64,000 bases of DNA, from positions 259,748 through 323,747 of the forward strand of contig CAVSSR010000002.1 of NCBI GenBank assembly GCA_963730615.1. The letters run 5' to 3'. The notes under the pieces are model-generated. The model saw only the letters and a list, made by a program, of their open reading frames with translations, ran no database searches and was not told the origin of the DNA. The position numbers were made by a program, and so were the translations under genes. Below, one piece after another: positions 42,341-51,991 of the stretch. The DNA is from an uncultured Bacteroidales bacterium (GTDB taxonomy: Bacteria; Bacteroidota; Bacteroidia; Bacteroidales; VadinHA17). Within the stretch, counting starts at the first letter, position 1. Each line of letters starts with the position of its first letter.

Positions 42341-43298
42341 TTAAGCTTCTGCCTCCCGCCCAAACGCCTTATCAATCATAGCCTGAAATCGTTTAACAAC
42401 TTCATCCGAAGGTGTTTTGTAATCGTCGAGTTCGTAAACCACACCAAGCGATTCATACTTGCCAAGTCCAAAACGGTGATAGGGCAGCAGTTCATAATCA
42501 ATCACATTCTTGTGCGGTTTAATGAATTCCAGAACACCCAGGATATGTTCATCATCGCAATTAACTCCCGGAATAAGTGGTGTACGGGCAATAAAATCAA
42601 TGTTTGGAAAAGTTTCATAGGCTTTTTTGAAATTGGCCAGAATCCGCTCGTTACCAACTCCTGTCCACTTCTTATGCCTTTCCGAATTCATCAGCTTCAG
42701 GTCGTGAAGCATGGTATCAACATGAGGAAGTACTTTCTCGAGATTCGCCCAGGGTGCATTGCACGCGGTTTCTATTGCCGTATTAATGCCTCTGTTGTGG
42801 GCTTCCTGCAGCAAAGCTGCGGCAAAGTCGGGTTGCAGCATCACTTCGCCACCACTCATTGTCATAGCCTCCGCCGGAACTGCGATAGATGGAGGCGTCT
42901 TTTTCCACTTCTTCCATTACTTCGCCAACTGTCATTGTTTTGCCAAACATTTCGAGCGCACCGGTGGGGCAAAGCGCAACCATCTCCTCAGTAGTGCCTG
43001 CGGCCAGCTGCCAGTTCACTTTTACCTTTGCATCGTCTCCCTCCACAAAATAAAAACCACCTTCGGGGAAGGGTGCTTTCAGGCAAATGCTGCACTTTTT
43101 CCCTTCACATTTTTTTGGATCGTACGAAACTTCCGGCTTCAGCCTGATACTTTCAGGATTGCCGCACCATTTACAGCGAAGGGAACAACCTTTTATGAAA
43201 ACATTTGTGCGGATACCGGGACCATCGTGGCTGCAATACCGCTGGATATTCAGTACTCTGCCTGTAATATCCAATATATTATTTGTTTGATTTGTCAT
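42341..43298 (-). pseudogene. glycyl-radical-enzyme activating enzyme (radical SAM), one frame break
   Basis: CSHDGPGIRTNVFIKGCSLRCKWCGNPE (CxxxCxxC), ferredoxin-like insert CEGKKCSICL...LCPTGALE, then SSGGG|MTMSGGEVMLQPDF after removing one base near 42866. Probable start MTNQTNN at 43298. Confidence 0.85.
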
Positions 43299-43311
43299 GA
43301 TTCTTCCCTCC

Positions 43312-44469
43312 TTATTTTCCAACGTAAATACCAAGTGAATCCGCTACCTGAAAAAACATGCTTTCAGCGGGTACCGTTCTTACCTTGTTGATGGCCTCGG
43401 CAAGCGGAACGAACTTAATATCCGGAGGAACAAACGACACCATTACACCGTTTTTGCCGGCTTCAAGCGCCTGGATAGCTCCTGCACCGTAAGCCACACC
43501 CAGCTGGCGGTCGACTGCCGATGGTGCACCACCCCTTACCCAGGGGCCGATTACCATTGGAAAAGTTTCTTCTGCTATCCGCAGTTGCAGGCCTGTTGCC
43601 ACAGCCTGTGCAGCCTGTCCTGAACTGTGAATTACAAATTCACTGTTGGAATCGCTGGTTGCCAGTGGCGATAACGAAGCTTTAAGTGAGGATACGGGTT
43701 CTTCATTTTTAGGCTGATTGATAATTTTTGCGCCTTGGGCCACGACTACCAGACCCCAGGATTTTTTACCTGACATTTTATCTTTCAGGTGTGCTGCCAC
43801 ATTTTTCAGATCAACCGGAATCTCAGGAATCAGTACTGCATCTGCAGCAACTGCAATACCGGCCTGCAGGGCAATCCATCCGGCTTCCTCTCCCTGTACC
43901 TCGACCACTGCAATTTTATGGGCCGCCTTGGCTGCCAGACGCGCACGGTCGAGCATATCTATTGTAAAAGTAAGCGCAGTGTTAAACCCGAATGATACCG
44001 AAGTTGAAGCAATTTCATTTTCGATTGAGCGTGGGACACATACTGCATTGAGCCCTTTCCGGTGAAGCTGGTAAAGAATAGTAAGACCTTTTCCTCCAAC
44101 GATCGAAATAACTGCATCGATCTTTTCTGCCTTCAGTTTTTTAAGCAGTTCATCCGACATGTCCACCTCTTCCACCATTTCGTCCTTGTTGATGGTGCGG
44201 ACATTAAACGGATCGATCCGGGCCGACTGGCCAAGTACACTGCCTGTATTCGGATCTAAATTCAATACCCGGGGATTGATCGCAATCAATCCGCCATCGG
44301 GGTATTTTTCGGGATGAAGAATACCTTCAAATCCATCGAGAATGCCCACCAGCTCCCAGCCCAGTTTGCCGGCGGCAAGAGAGGCCCCTGCAACCACGGC
44401 ATTTATCCCGGGAATGTAACCGGCACCTACCATTATGGCAATGCGTTTACGTCCTGTATCTTTACTCAT
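43312..44469 (-). CDS. phosphofructokinase-fold protein, degenerate signatures (PFK-like 1)
   Basis: Intact 385 aa. Collinear with E. coli PfkA as recalled, but GGDAPG is GAGYIPG, GGDGS is GGKGL, GTIDND is RSIENE, VMGR is VQGE. RGG is retained (WVRGGAPS). Confidence 0.8.
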   Translation of the reverse strand: MSKDTGRKRIAIMVGAGYIPGINAVVAGASLAAGKLGWELVGILDGFEGILHPEKYPDGGLIAINPRVLNLDPNTGSVLGQSARIDPFNVRTINKDEMVEEVDMSDELLKKLKAEKIDAVISIVGGKGLTILYQLHRKGLNAVCVPRSIENEIASTSVSFGFNTALTFTIDMLDRARLAAKAAHKIAVVEVQGEEAGWIALQAGIAVAADAVLIPEIPVDLKNVAAHLKDKMSGKKSWGLVVVAQGAKIINQPKNEEPVSSLKASLSPLATSDSNSEFVIHSSGQAAQAVATGLQLRIAEETFPMVIGPWVRGGAPSAVDRQLGVAYGAGAIQALEAGKNGVMVSFVPPDIKFVPLAEAINKVRTVPAESMFFQVADSLGIYVGK

Positions 44470-44522
44470 AATTATTTACTCCTTTGGTTCTTATGTTTTT
44501 TCGTATGTTAATTAACATAAAT

Positions 44523-44547
44523 AAGGCATGGCAATCTGCCATGCCTT
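44523..44547 (-). terminator. strong hairpin between the GRE gene and PFK-like 1 (attenuator / partial terminator candidate)
   Basis: Perfect 11-bp stem AAGGCATGGCA / TGCCATGCCTT with 3-nt loop. On the minus strand it is followed by ATTTATGTT. Confidence 0.5.
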
Positions 44548-44572
44548 ACTTTACTGCTTCTTTATTGTAAAT

Positions 44573-47008
44573 TTATTCGCAGCGCTGCAGGGTCCGTTCG
44601 ATGATCTCATTCTGCACGCCCACATGCAGCTTTGTGAAGAAGGCGCTGAAACCAGCCACCCTGACCACGAGGTCGCGGTATTTTTCAGGATGTTTCTGTG
44701 CATCCCTGAGGATTTCGGTGTTCAGTACATTGAACTGAATGTGATAGCCACCGTTATCGAACAGCGTCTTGACCAGACGCAGCACATTATCCCTGCCTTT
44801 ACGGGTTTCGAGCTGATCAGGCGGAAGCTTCATGTTCATGTGCGTTGCGCAATATGCAACTGCATCAATACCTTTCGCTGCAGACATCACCAACGCAGTC
44901 GGTCCGTTGACATCGGTGCCCGGCATGGCCGAGATACTTCCGTCGGTGAGCGCCACTCCGGCCTTCTTGCCGTTCGGCAGTGCCCCGCACACCATACCAA
45001 AGGGGTTGTGGCCACTCTTGGTATAGGCATCGAGTGAGGTCTTGATGTCCTTGCTGATGTAGTTGCCACCGCCATCCACATTACTAAATGCTTGCAAGAT
45101 GGTGTTGTAAACCCGGCGGACGAACCTGTTCACTTCGGGGATGTCGTTGCCGTGCTTGGGTGCTTCAAAGCACATCTTCCCTACTTTTGCGTATTCTCCT
45201 TCGAAGTTGGCAGCCAGGGCTTTTTTCAGTTCGGCCATAGTCACTTTCTTGTCATCGTACACCAGTTTCTTCACTGCCATCAGCGAGTTGGCTGCATCCA
45301 CGCCGCCTATGGAGATCTGGGCAACCGTGTAGTAGTTGGCCCCGCCGTCCCAGGTCTCGGTACCGGTTTCGATGCATCCGCCGGTCAGGATGGAGCGCCA
45401 GGCGCAGGGGAGGAAATCCGCCTGCAGGATGTTTGAAATCCAGGCTGAATGGCGAAGAGTGTCCTCGCAGAATTGAAGCTGCTTCTCGAATGCGGCATAC
45501 AATTCTTCGAAGTTTTTGAAGTTCTCAGGATCACCGGTCTTGGGTCCGATCTGCTTTTTGGTGCGGGGATCGAAGCCATTGTTCATGGTCAACTCGATCA
45601 CCTTGCCCAGGTTAGGCTGGCCCTCCACCGGGTGACCGGTCTCATACGGGATGTAGCTTCCCACACAGGCTCCGACACAGGTGCGCCGGGCTTTCTCCAA
45701 TGGGAGATAACCGTTCCTTTCGGTGTAGCCCCAGAGGTTCAGGGCCCGCTTGAACATCACTTCGGCATTCACGAACTGAGGCATGCCCACACCGGTGCCA
45801 ATAACATCGAGGACCTTTTCAAGGAATTTGCCGCTCATCTGTTCCGTGTAGGCGCACGACAGCGGAGGTTGCGGCAGAGCGAGATAGGCTGCTGAATCCA
45901 GAATCACATAGTCCATTTCTGCAGTGGCATCTTCACCATTCTCGGTATAACCGCCAAGGGTGATGCTCTGTCCCAGATCGGCGGAGTTCTGCTTAGCGAT
46001 TCTCTCGCCATAGTAGTAGCCAATCTCATTCAACTTGATGGTGAGGTTCTCGAACATGAAGAGGGCGTCGTCATAAGTAACAAGCCCGGCTGCCTTGTCG
46101 GCCTGATAGAAAGGCTCCAGATTCTGACCCAGATAGGCTTCAGAGTACCCGCAGCCGATCTGCTCGAGTTCTGCCACGATGTGACAGAAGAAGTGACTCT
46201 GGATTGCTTCTCTCAGATTCCGGGCGGGATGCTCGGGAACCCATTCGCAGGTTTCGGCAATAGCGATCAGCTCTGCTTTCCGGGTTTCATTCTTCTCTTT
46301 AGCAGCCATCTCCCGGGCCAACTCGGCATAACGATGGGCAAACCGGATCGCTGCTCTCATCACGATGAGGGCTCCCTCATAGAAGTAAAACTTGGAAACG
46401 TTCGGCAAACGCATCTCGAGAGACATCTGCCGCTCCTCTACCTCCTTGATCATGCTGGCAAGACCCTCCCGGTAAACCCGTGGGTAGTTAAGATTGCCAC
46501 CGCCGGCCGGCCAGTCAGAGAACGATCCAAAAAGGCCGGCGTCGGTAGCACAGATTTCGGGTCGTATCCAAATCGCTTCTGAAAGATCTCATCGACCCTG
46601 GGTTTCATCGCACGTTTGCCCCAGTATTCGAGCGCCCACTGGTTGGCCTTCTTATCTTCCGGAGTCGGCGACTTTTCGACTGTCTTCTCTTCTATCATCC
46701 AATCCACCTGCCATTCGGGATAGGGGTACATGGCATTGGTCTTGCCTGCCATGGCACCGACAAAGAGGTTGTCGTCGATATACAGTTTCTTACGCTCCAG
46801 GACGGCTGCCAGGAATTTGGCACGTCTGAGTACCTGGTGTATCTCCAGCGGTTTCCTCATAGACATCATGCATGATCCTGACTCGCTCGAAGTCGAGTTC
46901 CGGCTCTGTGCTCCTGAGTTGTTCTTTCAGCCGGTCAATACGCTTCGTATCGGCTTTGACCTTTGCTGTTGTAGGATTTAATGTTTCTGTTTTCATTTTT
47001 TTCTCCAT
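44573..47008 (-). pseudogene. glycyl radical enzyme (PFL2 / dehydratase-lyase type), two frame breaks
   Basis: ORFs 46790-47008, 46450-46869 and 44573-46453 concatenate to about 810 aa. Glycyl radical motif VVRVAGFSAFF. Thiyl loop LTGGCIETG. GPTALVMSAAK and YHIQFNVLN blocks. Confidence 0.9.
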
Positions 47009-47076
47009 TTACACTTATTGTTTAACTGGTTCTTGATATTTCACATTTAATATTAACTATGGTATTATTTTCTTCT

Positions 47077-47619
47077 TTATAGTCTAAGCAATTCTGAAAA
47101 ACTTAGAGCTGTTTCAGCCTGTTTTTCAAGCAGTGCATTAAGCTCTTTTGCTGTTCTGATGCGCGTGGCAGCAATTTCGAGAATCCCTTTCCTGAAACTT
47201 TGTAGGGTGTACCTGAAACTGTCGTTATCCAATAGTTCGCACATGACAATATGATCAGTCGGATCATCGCATTCCTGTTTGCATTCATGGCAGAAACCGT
47301 AAAGAACGCTTATCCCGTTTACGACCTCCTGTGATGTCCATTGAATTTCACCGTATCCTCCAAATTCATTGTGCCATACATGACTCCATCTCCTTATATC
47401 GTGTCGCCAGCCTGAAACGGAAACCTGCCTGGTATCATCGAGAACGCCTGACCCCTGGGGTACAATTAATCCCGGTTCAGTCCCAAGGCAGGAGTTGTTG
47501 CTGCTTAATTCGGGCCAGTTGAATACCACCTCACGCTGGAATTCACCGTTTCTGGTAACCTTTGCTGACCAGCTCCCTCCAAAAAAATCACGGAATAATT
47601 TTGCTGTTAACTCAGCCAT
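47077..47619 (-). CDS. hypothetical protein, first gene of the GRE-containing transcription unit
   Basis: Intact 180-aa ORF, 68 nt upstream of the GRE start. No motif recognised. Cys-rich patch GFCHECKQEC. Confidence 0.45.
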   Translation of the reverse strand: MAELTAKLFRDFFGGSWSAKVTRNGEFQREVVFNWPELSSNNSCLGTEPGLIVPQGSGVLDDTRQVSVSGWRHDIRRWSHVWHNEFGGYGEIQWTSQEVVNGISVLYGFCHECKQECDDPTDHIVMCELLDNDSFRYTLQSFRKGILEIAATRIRTAKELNALLEKQAETALSFSELLRL

Positions 47620-47718
47620 AATTTTATTTTAAAATGAAGGGATTCAATAATTTGTTTTTTGAGTCTAAATAATATCGCCTCCGACAGATCAAAATTACGG
47701 GTGATTAAAACCGGCTGC

Positions 47719-47738
47719 AATACTGACGTGTCAGTATT
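47719..47738. promoter_or_regulatory. palindromic operator candidate
   Basis: AATACTGAC-GT-GTCAGTATT has perfect 9-bp arms. Located in the divergent intergenic region between 47619 and 47791, abutting the -7 box. Confidence 0.4.
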
Positions 47739-47743
47739 TTTTC

Positions 47744-47751
47744 TATTTTTG
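47744..47751 (+). promoter_or_regulatory. candidate -7 box TATTTTTG
   Basis: Matches TAnnTTTG, 40 nt upstream of ATG 47791. Part of the conserved GTATTTTTTnTAnTTTT module. Confidence 0.4.
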
Positions 47752-47790
47752 AAGACTAATATTGTATATCAGACTCATATTCAGCGCATA

Positions 47791-48549
47791 ATGCCAAATC
47801 CTTATAGCTATAGCATCTTTTTTGATTTTATTGAATCATATCTGCCATCAGGGTTTCTGAAAATAAATCCTGATGATCCTATTATGCTAAAACTCGAGGA
47901 GCTGACGGATGAGAATGACCAGTACTTTCAGGTTTTCGATCTGGGGCAGATGAAGTTTCTGTTTACCAGTAAAAATATCTTTCAAATGATCGGTGTTACA
48001 GCTGAAGAGATTAATCCCGGACATTATACACAGCTTATACATCCCGATGATGAAGAGAGGCTTGGGCAGGCCAGGTCGACGGGTTTACAAGATGGAGAAG
48101 GAGATATTCAAGGCACAAAAGGGCAGCGCATTGACATCATACAACCTTACGGATCCGCAATGCTGCCGGTAATTATAATAATCTGTTTGTTCAGGACTAT
48201 ATGTTTTATCAGTCCGATCCCGTACAAGGCAGTATTTCTGATACAGGTTATTACAAATATTGACTGGTATAAAATGAAGAAAGACCGTTTTCATCATTAT
48301 GTCGGAAATGATCTTTCGCTGTTTAGATTTCCTGATCAGAAATTGCTGGAAATTGGTCCTGATCTGTCATATCGTGAATTTGAGATCATCAGACTGATTG
48401 AGTCAGGTTTGAGCAGTAAAGAAATAGCTGACAAATTATTCCTGAGTGTACACACTGTAAATACCCATCGCTCCAATATTCTCGAGAAATCAGGTAAATC
48501 GCAGATCTCAGATCTTATTTATGAGTTCAAGGAGAAGGGATTGCTGTAG
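47791..48549 (+). pseudogene. PAS-like / LuxR-HTH regulator (paralogue B) with compensating internal frame breaks
   Basis: MPNPYSYSIFFDFIESYLPSGFLKINPDDP...HPDDEERLGQAR and C-terminal REFEIIRLIESGLSSKEIADKLFLSVHTVNTHRSNILEKSGK. Residues 48076-48225 read family-like (VYKMEKEIFKAQKGSALTSYNL, RIRNAAGNYNNLFVQDYMFYQS) only in the other two frames. The ORF stays open by chance. The track start 47659 is an upstream extension. Confidence 0.75.
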
Positions 48550-48593
48550 GAAATCTATCCGGAAATATAATCAGCCCTGTTTATTACAAAATG

Positions 48594-48927
48594 TCAAAGA
48601 ACTTGGACCCAGGTTCTTGAATCAGCCCGGTATATTGTTTCTATGATTTGCTCTTCACTGCTTTTTACAGAATCCTGAAATACTTCCCAGCTCAATTCGG
48701 TACCTGCTTTCATATCCTCCCAGGCATTTCCGCTTGCTTTCCTGATTTTGGCAACTTTATTCTGCAACTCTTCTTTTTTTAAAAACAGATCTTTTATCTG
48801 TTGATTGTACTCAGCTTTTACCTCTGTCGACTGCCTTGTCTGCAATCTTCTCGAGTTCACTAATTTCACTCTCCAGTTCTTTTAGCCTGGCAGCCATCTT
48901 GTCTATATATTCTCTTTGATTTTCCAT
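48594..48927 (-). pseudogene. small coiled-coil protein, one frame break
   Basis: ATG 48927 gives MENQREYIDKMAARLKELESEISELEKIADKA, then shifts into ORF 48594-48869 (QSTEVKAEYNQQIKDLFLKKEELQNKVAKIRK...). Confidence 0.4.
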
Positions 48928-49095
48928 TACCTGGTTTTTTATCTGAAAGGGAAGAAATCAATTGAATTTCAGATTAACGTTAAAAGGTATCTGTTCCTCA
49001 ATCAAAGGTATCCCTCGTATAAACTGATCGTCAATACGTGATGAATCTGTATTTTTTATACTATTCGACTTTGAATCATTATAACATTACTCTCT

Positions 49096-49877
49096 TTGGA
49101 ATCAATAACAGCCAGATACGAGGATTACAGCCTGTTTTATAAGTTCTTTCTAACTTATTCACCGAAGGTAGATTTCAAAGGGATCAGTCCAAGGATGATC
49201 CGCTGTTGATGGAGCTTGACAGCTACATGGACAATAACAATCAGCTTTTTTATATAACCGATGTAATACAACTGGATATAAAATTTATCAGCAAAGGAGT
49301 TAAAGTCGATGTTTGGGATTGACCAGGATAAAGTTACTCACCGGATTTTTTCTTACAACCACACATCCGGATGACCTGAAACGACACCATCTTGCCAGGT
49401 CAAAGCTGATCAGTGTGGCTCAGGAACTATACATTCAGAAAAGCGGCACAAGTATCATTTCGGCTAATTTCAGGGGAAGAAATACCGGAAGGCAAGGAAT
49501 ATACTGATTATCTTTATCAGTGCTTTATTTTTTACAGTAAGATTCCTTACGAATCCACATTTCTTATACTGGTAATTACTGATATTTCCGGATTTGAGAA
49601 GATCCATCAAAGGATTTCATTATTACATCGGAAACGATCCAAAAGTCTTTCGTTACCCTGATGAAGGAGCTCCTTTCATCCGGACTTATTTTTTCCCATA
49701 CCGAATTCAGGATCATTGAACTTATAGATGAAGGGACTGAGCACCAAGGAGATTGCTGAGAAACTTTTCAGGAGTCCGCTGACAATCAATACGCATCGTA
49801 CCAATATCATAAAGAAAGCAGGGAAATCCTCTGTTACAGAAGTGATCCGTGAATTGAAAGCAAAGGGATTACTTTAG
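49096..49877 (+). pseudogene. PAS-like / LuxR-HTH regulator (paralogue C), heavily degraded (6 or more frame breaks)
   Basis: Family blocks are scattered over all three frames: YSLFYKFFLTYSPKVDFKGIS, DDPLLMELDSYMDNNNQLFYITDVIQLDIKFISKG, HPDDLKRHHLARSKLISVAQELYIQKSGTSIISANFR, IPYESTFLILVITDISGFEK, HYYIGNDPKVFRYPDE, TKEIAEKLFRSPLTINTHRTNIIKKAGK...KAKGLL. Confidence 0.75.
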
Positions 49878-49890
49878 GCTTGTTAACCCT

Positions 49891-49915
49891 TTATGGTCAG
49901 GACTTCACGCTCTGG
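49891..49915. repeat. 25-nt element, copy 1
   Basis: gacttcacgctctggacttcaaata is 22/25 identical to 55201-55225 (gacttcagactctggacttcaaaaa). Internal heptamer periodicity. Confidence 0.5.
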
Positions 49916-49967
49916 ACTTCAAATATGAAGCGTACCGTTCTGACGGCTGTGACAGCGGTAACAATAA

Positions 49968-50411
49968 TTAACTTATGCCGTTCAGTTTGAATACGATCCC
50001 CAGAAAGAGAACTATCCCAATGATCGTAATGATTACTGATATTAAAAGAGAATACATGGGTCGCTTAACGTCTAATTGTTTCCTGTAGAATTTTATTGTA
50101 GATATGTTTTCAATCGTCCCAAGCACCAGGCAGAGGATACCCAAGCCTATCATTAAGAGACCAATCACTTTAGGGCTTGAAATGGTGGAAATCACCCTGT
50201 CCAATGCCTGAAGCTGCTCCCTCTGATATTCAAGGAATTTATAAATAGTGAACCCAAAGCTTATCAGCGACAGACCGGTCCGCACCCATGCCATCAGCGA
50301 CCGGTCCGCCGCCATCACAGTCCGCTCAACCGCCATATAATTACCGTCAACAGTGGGAATTGGCTTTATAGCTTCCTGCTCGTTGTTTATTAATGTTTTT
50401 TCGTTTTGCAT
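49968..50411 (-). CDS. DUF202 (YidH-like) membrane protein
   Basis: ERTVMAADRSLMAWVRTGLSLISFGFTIYKF plus two further helices. Confidence 0.6.
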   Translation of the reverse strand: MQNEKTLINNEQEAIKPIPTVDGNYMAVERTVMAADRSLMAWVRTGLSLISFGFTIYKFLEYQREQLQALDRVISTISSPKVIGLLMIGLGILCLVLGTIENISTIKFYRKQLDVKRPMYSLLISVIITIIGIVLFLGIVFKLNGIS

Positions 50412-50620
50412 ATTCTTATTTCAAGGTTATACCAGGGATTTCCGGGTTGGAATATAAAGATATCTTCTTTATCCGTTTCGTTCATTTTTTAATAAGAACT
50501 GGTTTAAAGCCATGCAAGGGCGGCAAATCCCGGAATATTTCAGTTTGCCGCCCTTTTTGACTTAACATCTGCATCAGGATCTAATTGCCCGAAGCATTGT
50601 TCTCAGTACCTTCCGGCCTT

Positions 50621-51819
50621 CTACCCGACGCGTCGTACGGCTTGAAGTGCCTCAGCCGGTTCGGGAAGCTTTGAAGTAGTACGTTTCTTCCATTCGGCTT
50701 CAAGCAATTCTCTCGCTGCCTCTTCAAGGATATCCGGTGCAGCCCATGCATGCACATCGAAGTCGTTCTTGATGTAACCATGACTTCAGCATGAAATCCT
50801 TGCCAATTTCGACCGATACCAGGTTCTGTGGTGACAGGTTGGGAACAAGGTCTATTGGCTTGATTCCTTCATAGGTATCTTCTACATCAAGATAGAAGGT
50901 TTGCCTGTCGAGGATGCCTGCTGCGGCATGTTTGTTTTCATTGCTCCAGCGTCCTACCCTGATCATGCCTTTCATAAATGCAACAGCAAGTTCACGGTGT
51001 TCATTATACATCACATCGGAGCAGGTAATTGCAGCAGGTATGTTTGCCACTTGCAGTGTCCAGTCGGGATATAGCGACAAGTCTTCAATAGCCTTGAATT
51101 TGCCGGTAGCTTCCTGAAGATGCTGGAACGGTTTGCTCTGGGTATAGCAGGCATCGATAATCCCTTTTTCAAGCGCAGTCTCCAGCGGACGGAAGGCAAG
51201 GTCATGTTTATGATCGCGCTGCAGCCATAAGTCTGATGGATTGTACATTGGTTCCAGCATCTTCGGATCGTTATACCAGTCATCGGCATAAGGGAATTCA
51301 ACGAGTTCAATATCTTTCATGGTCATTCCGTTCATCCGGAGCATCAGCTCAATACCCTGATGTTCCTGAATGCGCCACCAGTCGTTTTTAACCTGGTTCA
51401 TACTTCTTGAAATTCCGATTTTTTTGCCTTTCAGATCAGTCATCCTGTAGATATCATCTCTTGAGCGAACCATCATACAGCCGCCTTCTTTTGGAGCATG
51501 GGTCACTCCCAGAAGCCTTGTTCTGCGTATATCTGCATGAACATGAATTGGAGGAAACAAACCGCCAAATCGAATGAGGTTGTCCAGGTTGTGAATGTAG
51601 TGCGGGTACCAGTCGTTCTCGCGTTTGTAGCGGAAATAATCATATTGTACACCAAGTTTTTTGAATTCTTCCCTGTGTCCAGCCAAGTTCCTGGTCTACA
51701 TTGCTTGCCGAAATAAGCGGGCAATTGGTATAGTACACCTCTTTCCAGTTCAATGGAATGACATTCAATTTTGTGTTTTCAAAAGTTGTCACTTTAATTT
51801 TCTCATCACTGTTTGCCAT
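50621..51819 (-). pseudogene. NMT1/SsuA-fold protein resembling DszB (2'-hydroxybiphenyl-2-sulfinate desulfinase) family; two frame breaks
   Basis: ATG 51819. YYTNCPLISASN vs DszB YSNCPVPNAL (catalytic Cys region). LIRFGGLFPPIHVHADIRRTRLLGVTH vs YTRFGGEIPPLLSEGLRAPGRTRLLGITP. MMVRSRDDIYRMTDLKGKKIGISRS vs FFVRDDSPITAAADLAGRRIGVSAS. C-terminal DVHAWAAPDILEE vs LDQWAAPEFLNN. DszB is recalled from memory. Breaks near 51690 and 50783. Confidence 0.55.
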
Positions 51820-51942
51820 AATTATCAGTTATTAAAGGTTTTCTAAAATATTATCAGGTTTATATGATTTCAACTTATTAAGACTGATCAAAGTTAGAGC
51901 TGCCTGATGCGCTTGTCAATAGTTGTCAATCAGTATTTTTTT

Positions 51943-51950
51943 TATTTTTA
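51943..51950 (+). promoter_or_regulatory. candidate -7 box TATTTTTA
   Basis: Near match to TAnnTTTG inside the conserved CAGTATTTTTTTTATTTTT module. Preceded by the direct repeat TTGTCAAT (51913-51920 and 51923-51930). Confidence 0.3.
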
Positions 51951-51991
51951 CGGAGTGTTTCTGATATATACCGGCCTTAAATCAGATAACA

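Noticed and set aside
42314-42994. 226-aa plus-strand ORF, and similar long antisense ORFs (9927-10505, 12354-12944, 13629-14300, 17515-18033, 44528-45037, 61809-62423)
   Set aside because: Each lies fully antisense to a gene with clear family motifs. They have no recognisable motifs of their own and are skewed in composition, so they are typical shadow ORFs.
40811-44469. Ordinary glycolytic pfkA genes next to the GRE
   Set aside because: Both copies have substitutions in the ATP and fructose-6-P signature positions (GGD, GGDGS, TIDND, MGR). They are embedded between radical-SAM and ferredoxin genes, so annotating them as pfkA would be unsafe.
39601-47619. GRE-associated bacterial microcompartment (GRM) locus
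   Set aside because: No BMC-H, BMC-T or BMC-P shell proteins, no phosphotransacylase and no aldehyde dehydrogenase signature genes are present in or near the locus.
47659-47790. ORF-track start of LuxR paralogue B at 47659
   Set aside because: The upstream 44 codons cover the palindrome and -7 box and have no counterpart in paralogues A and D. ATG 47791 (MPNPYSYSIFFDF) aligns with the family N-terminus.
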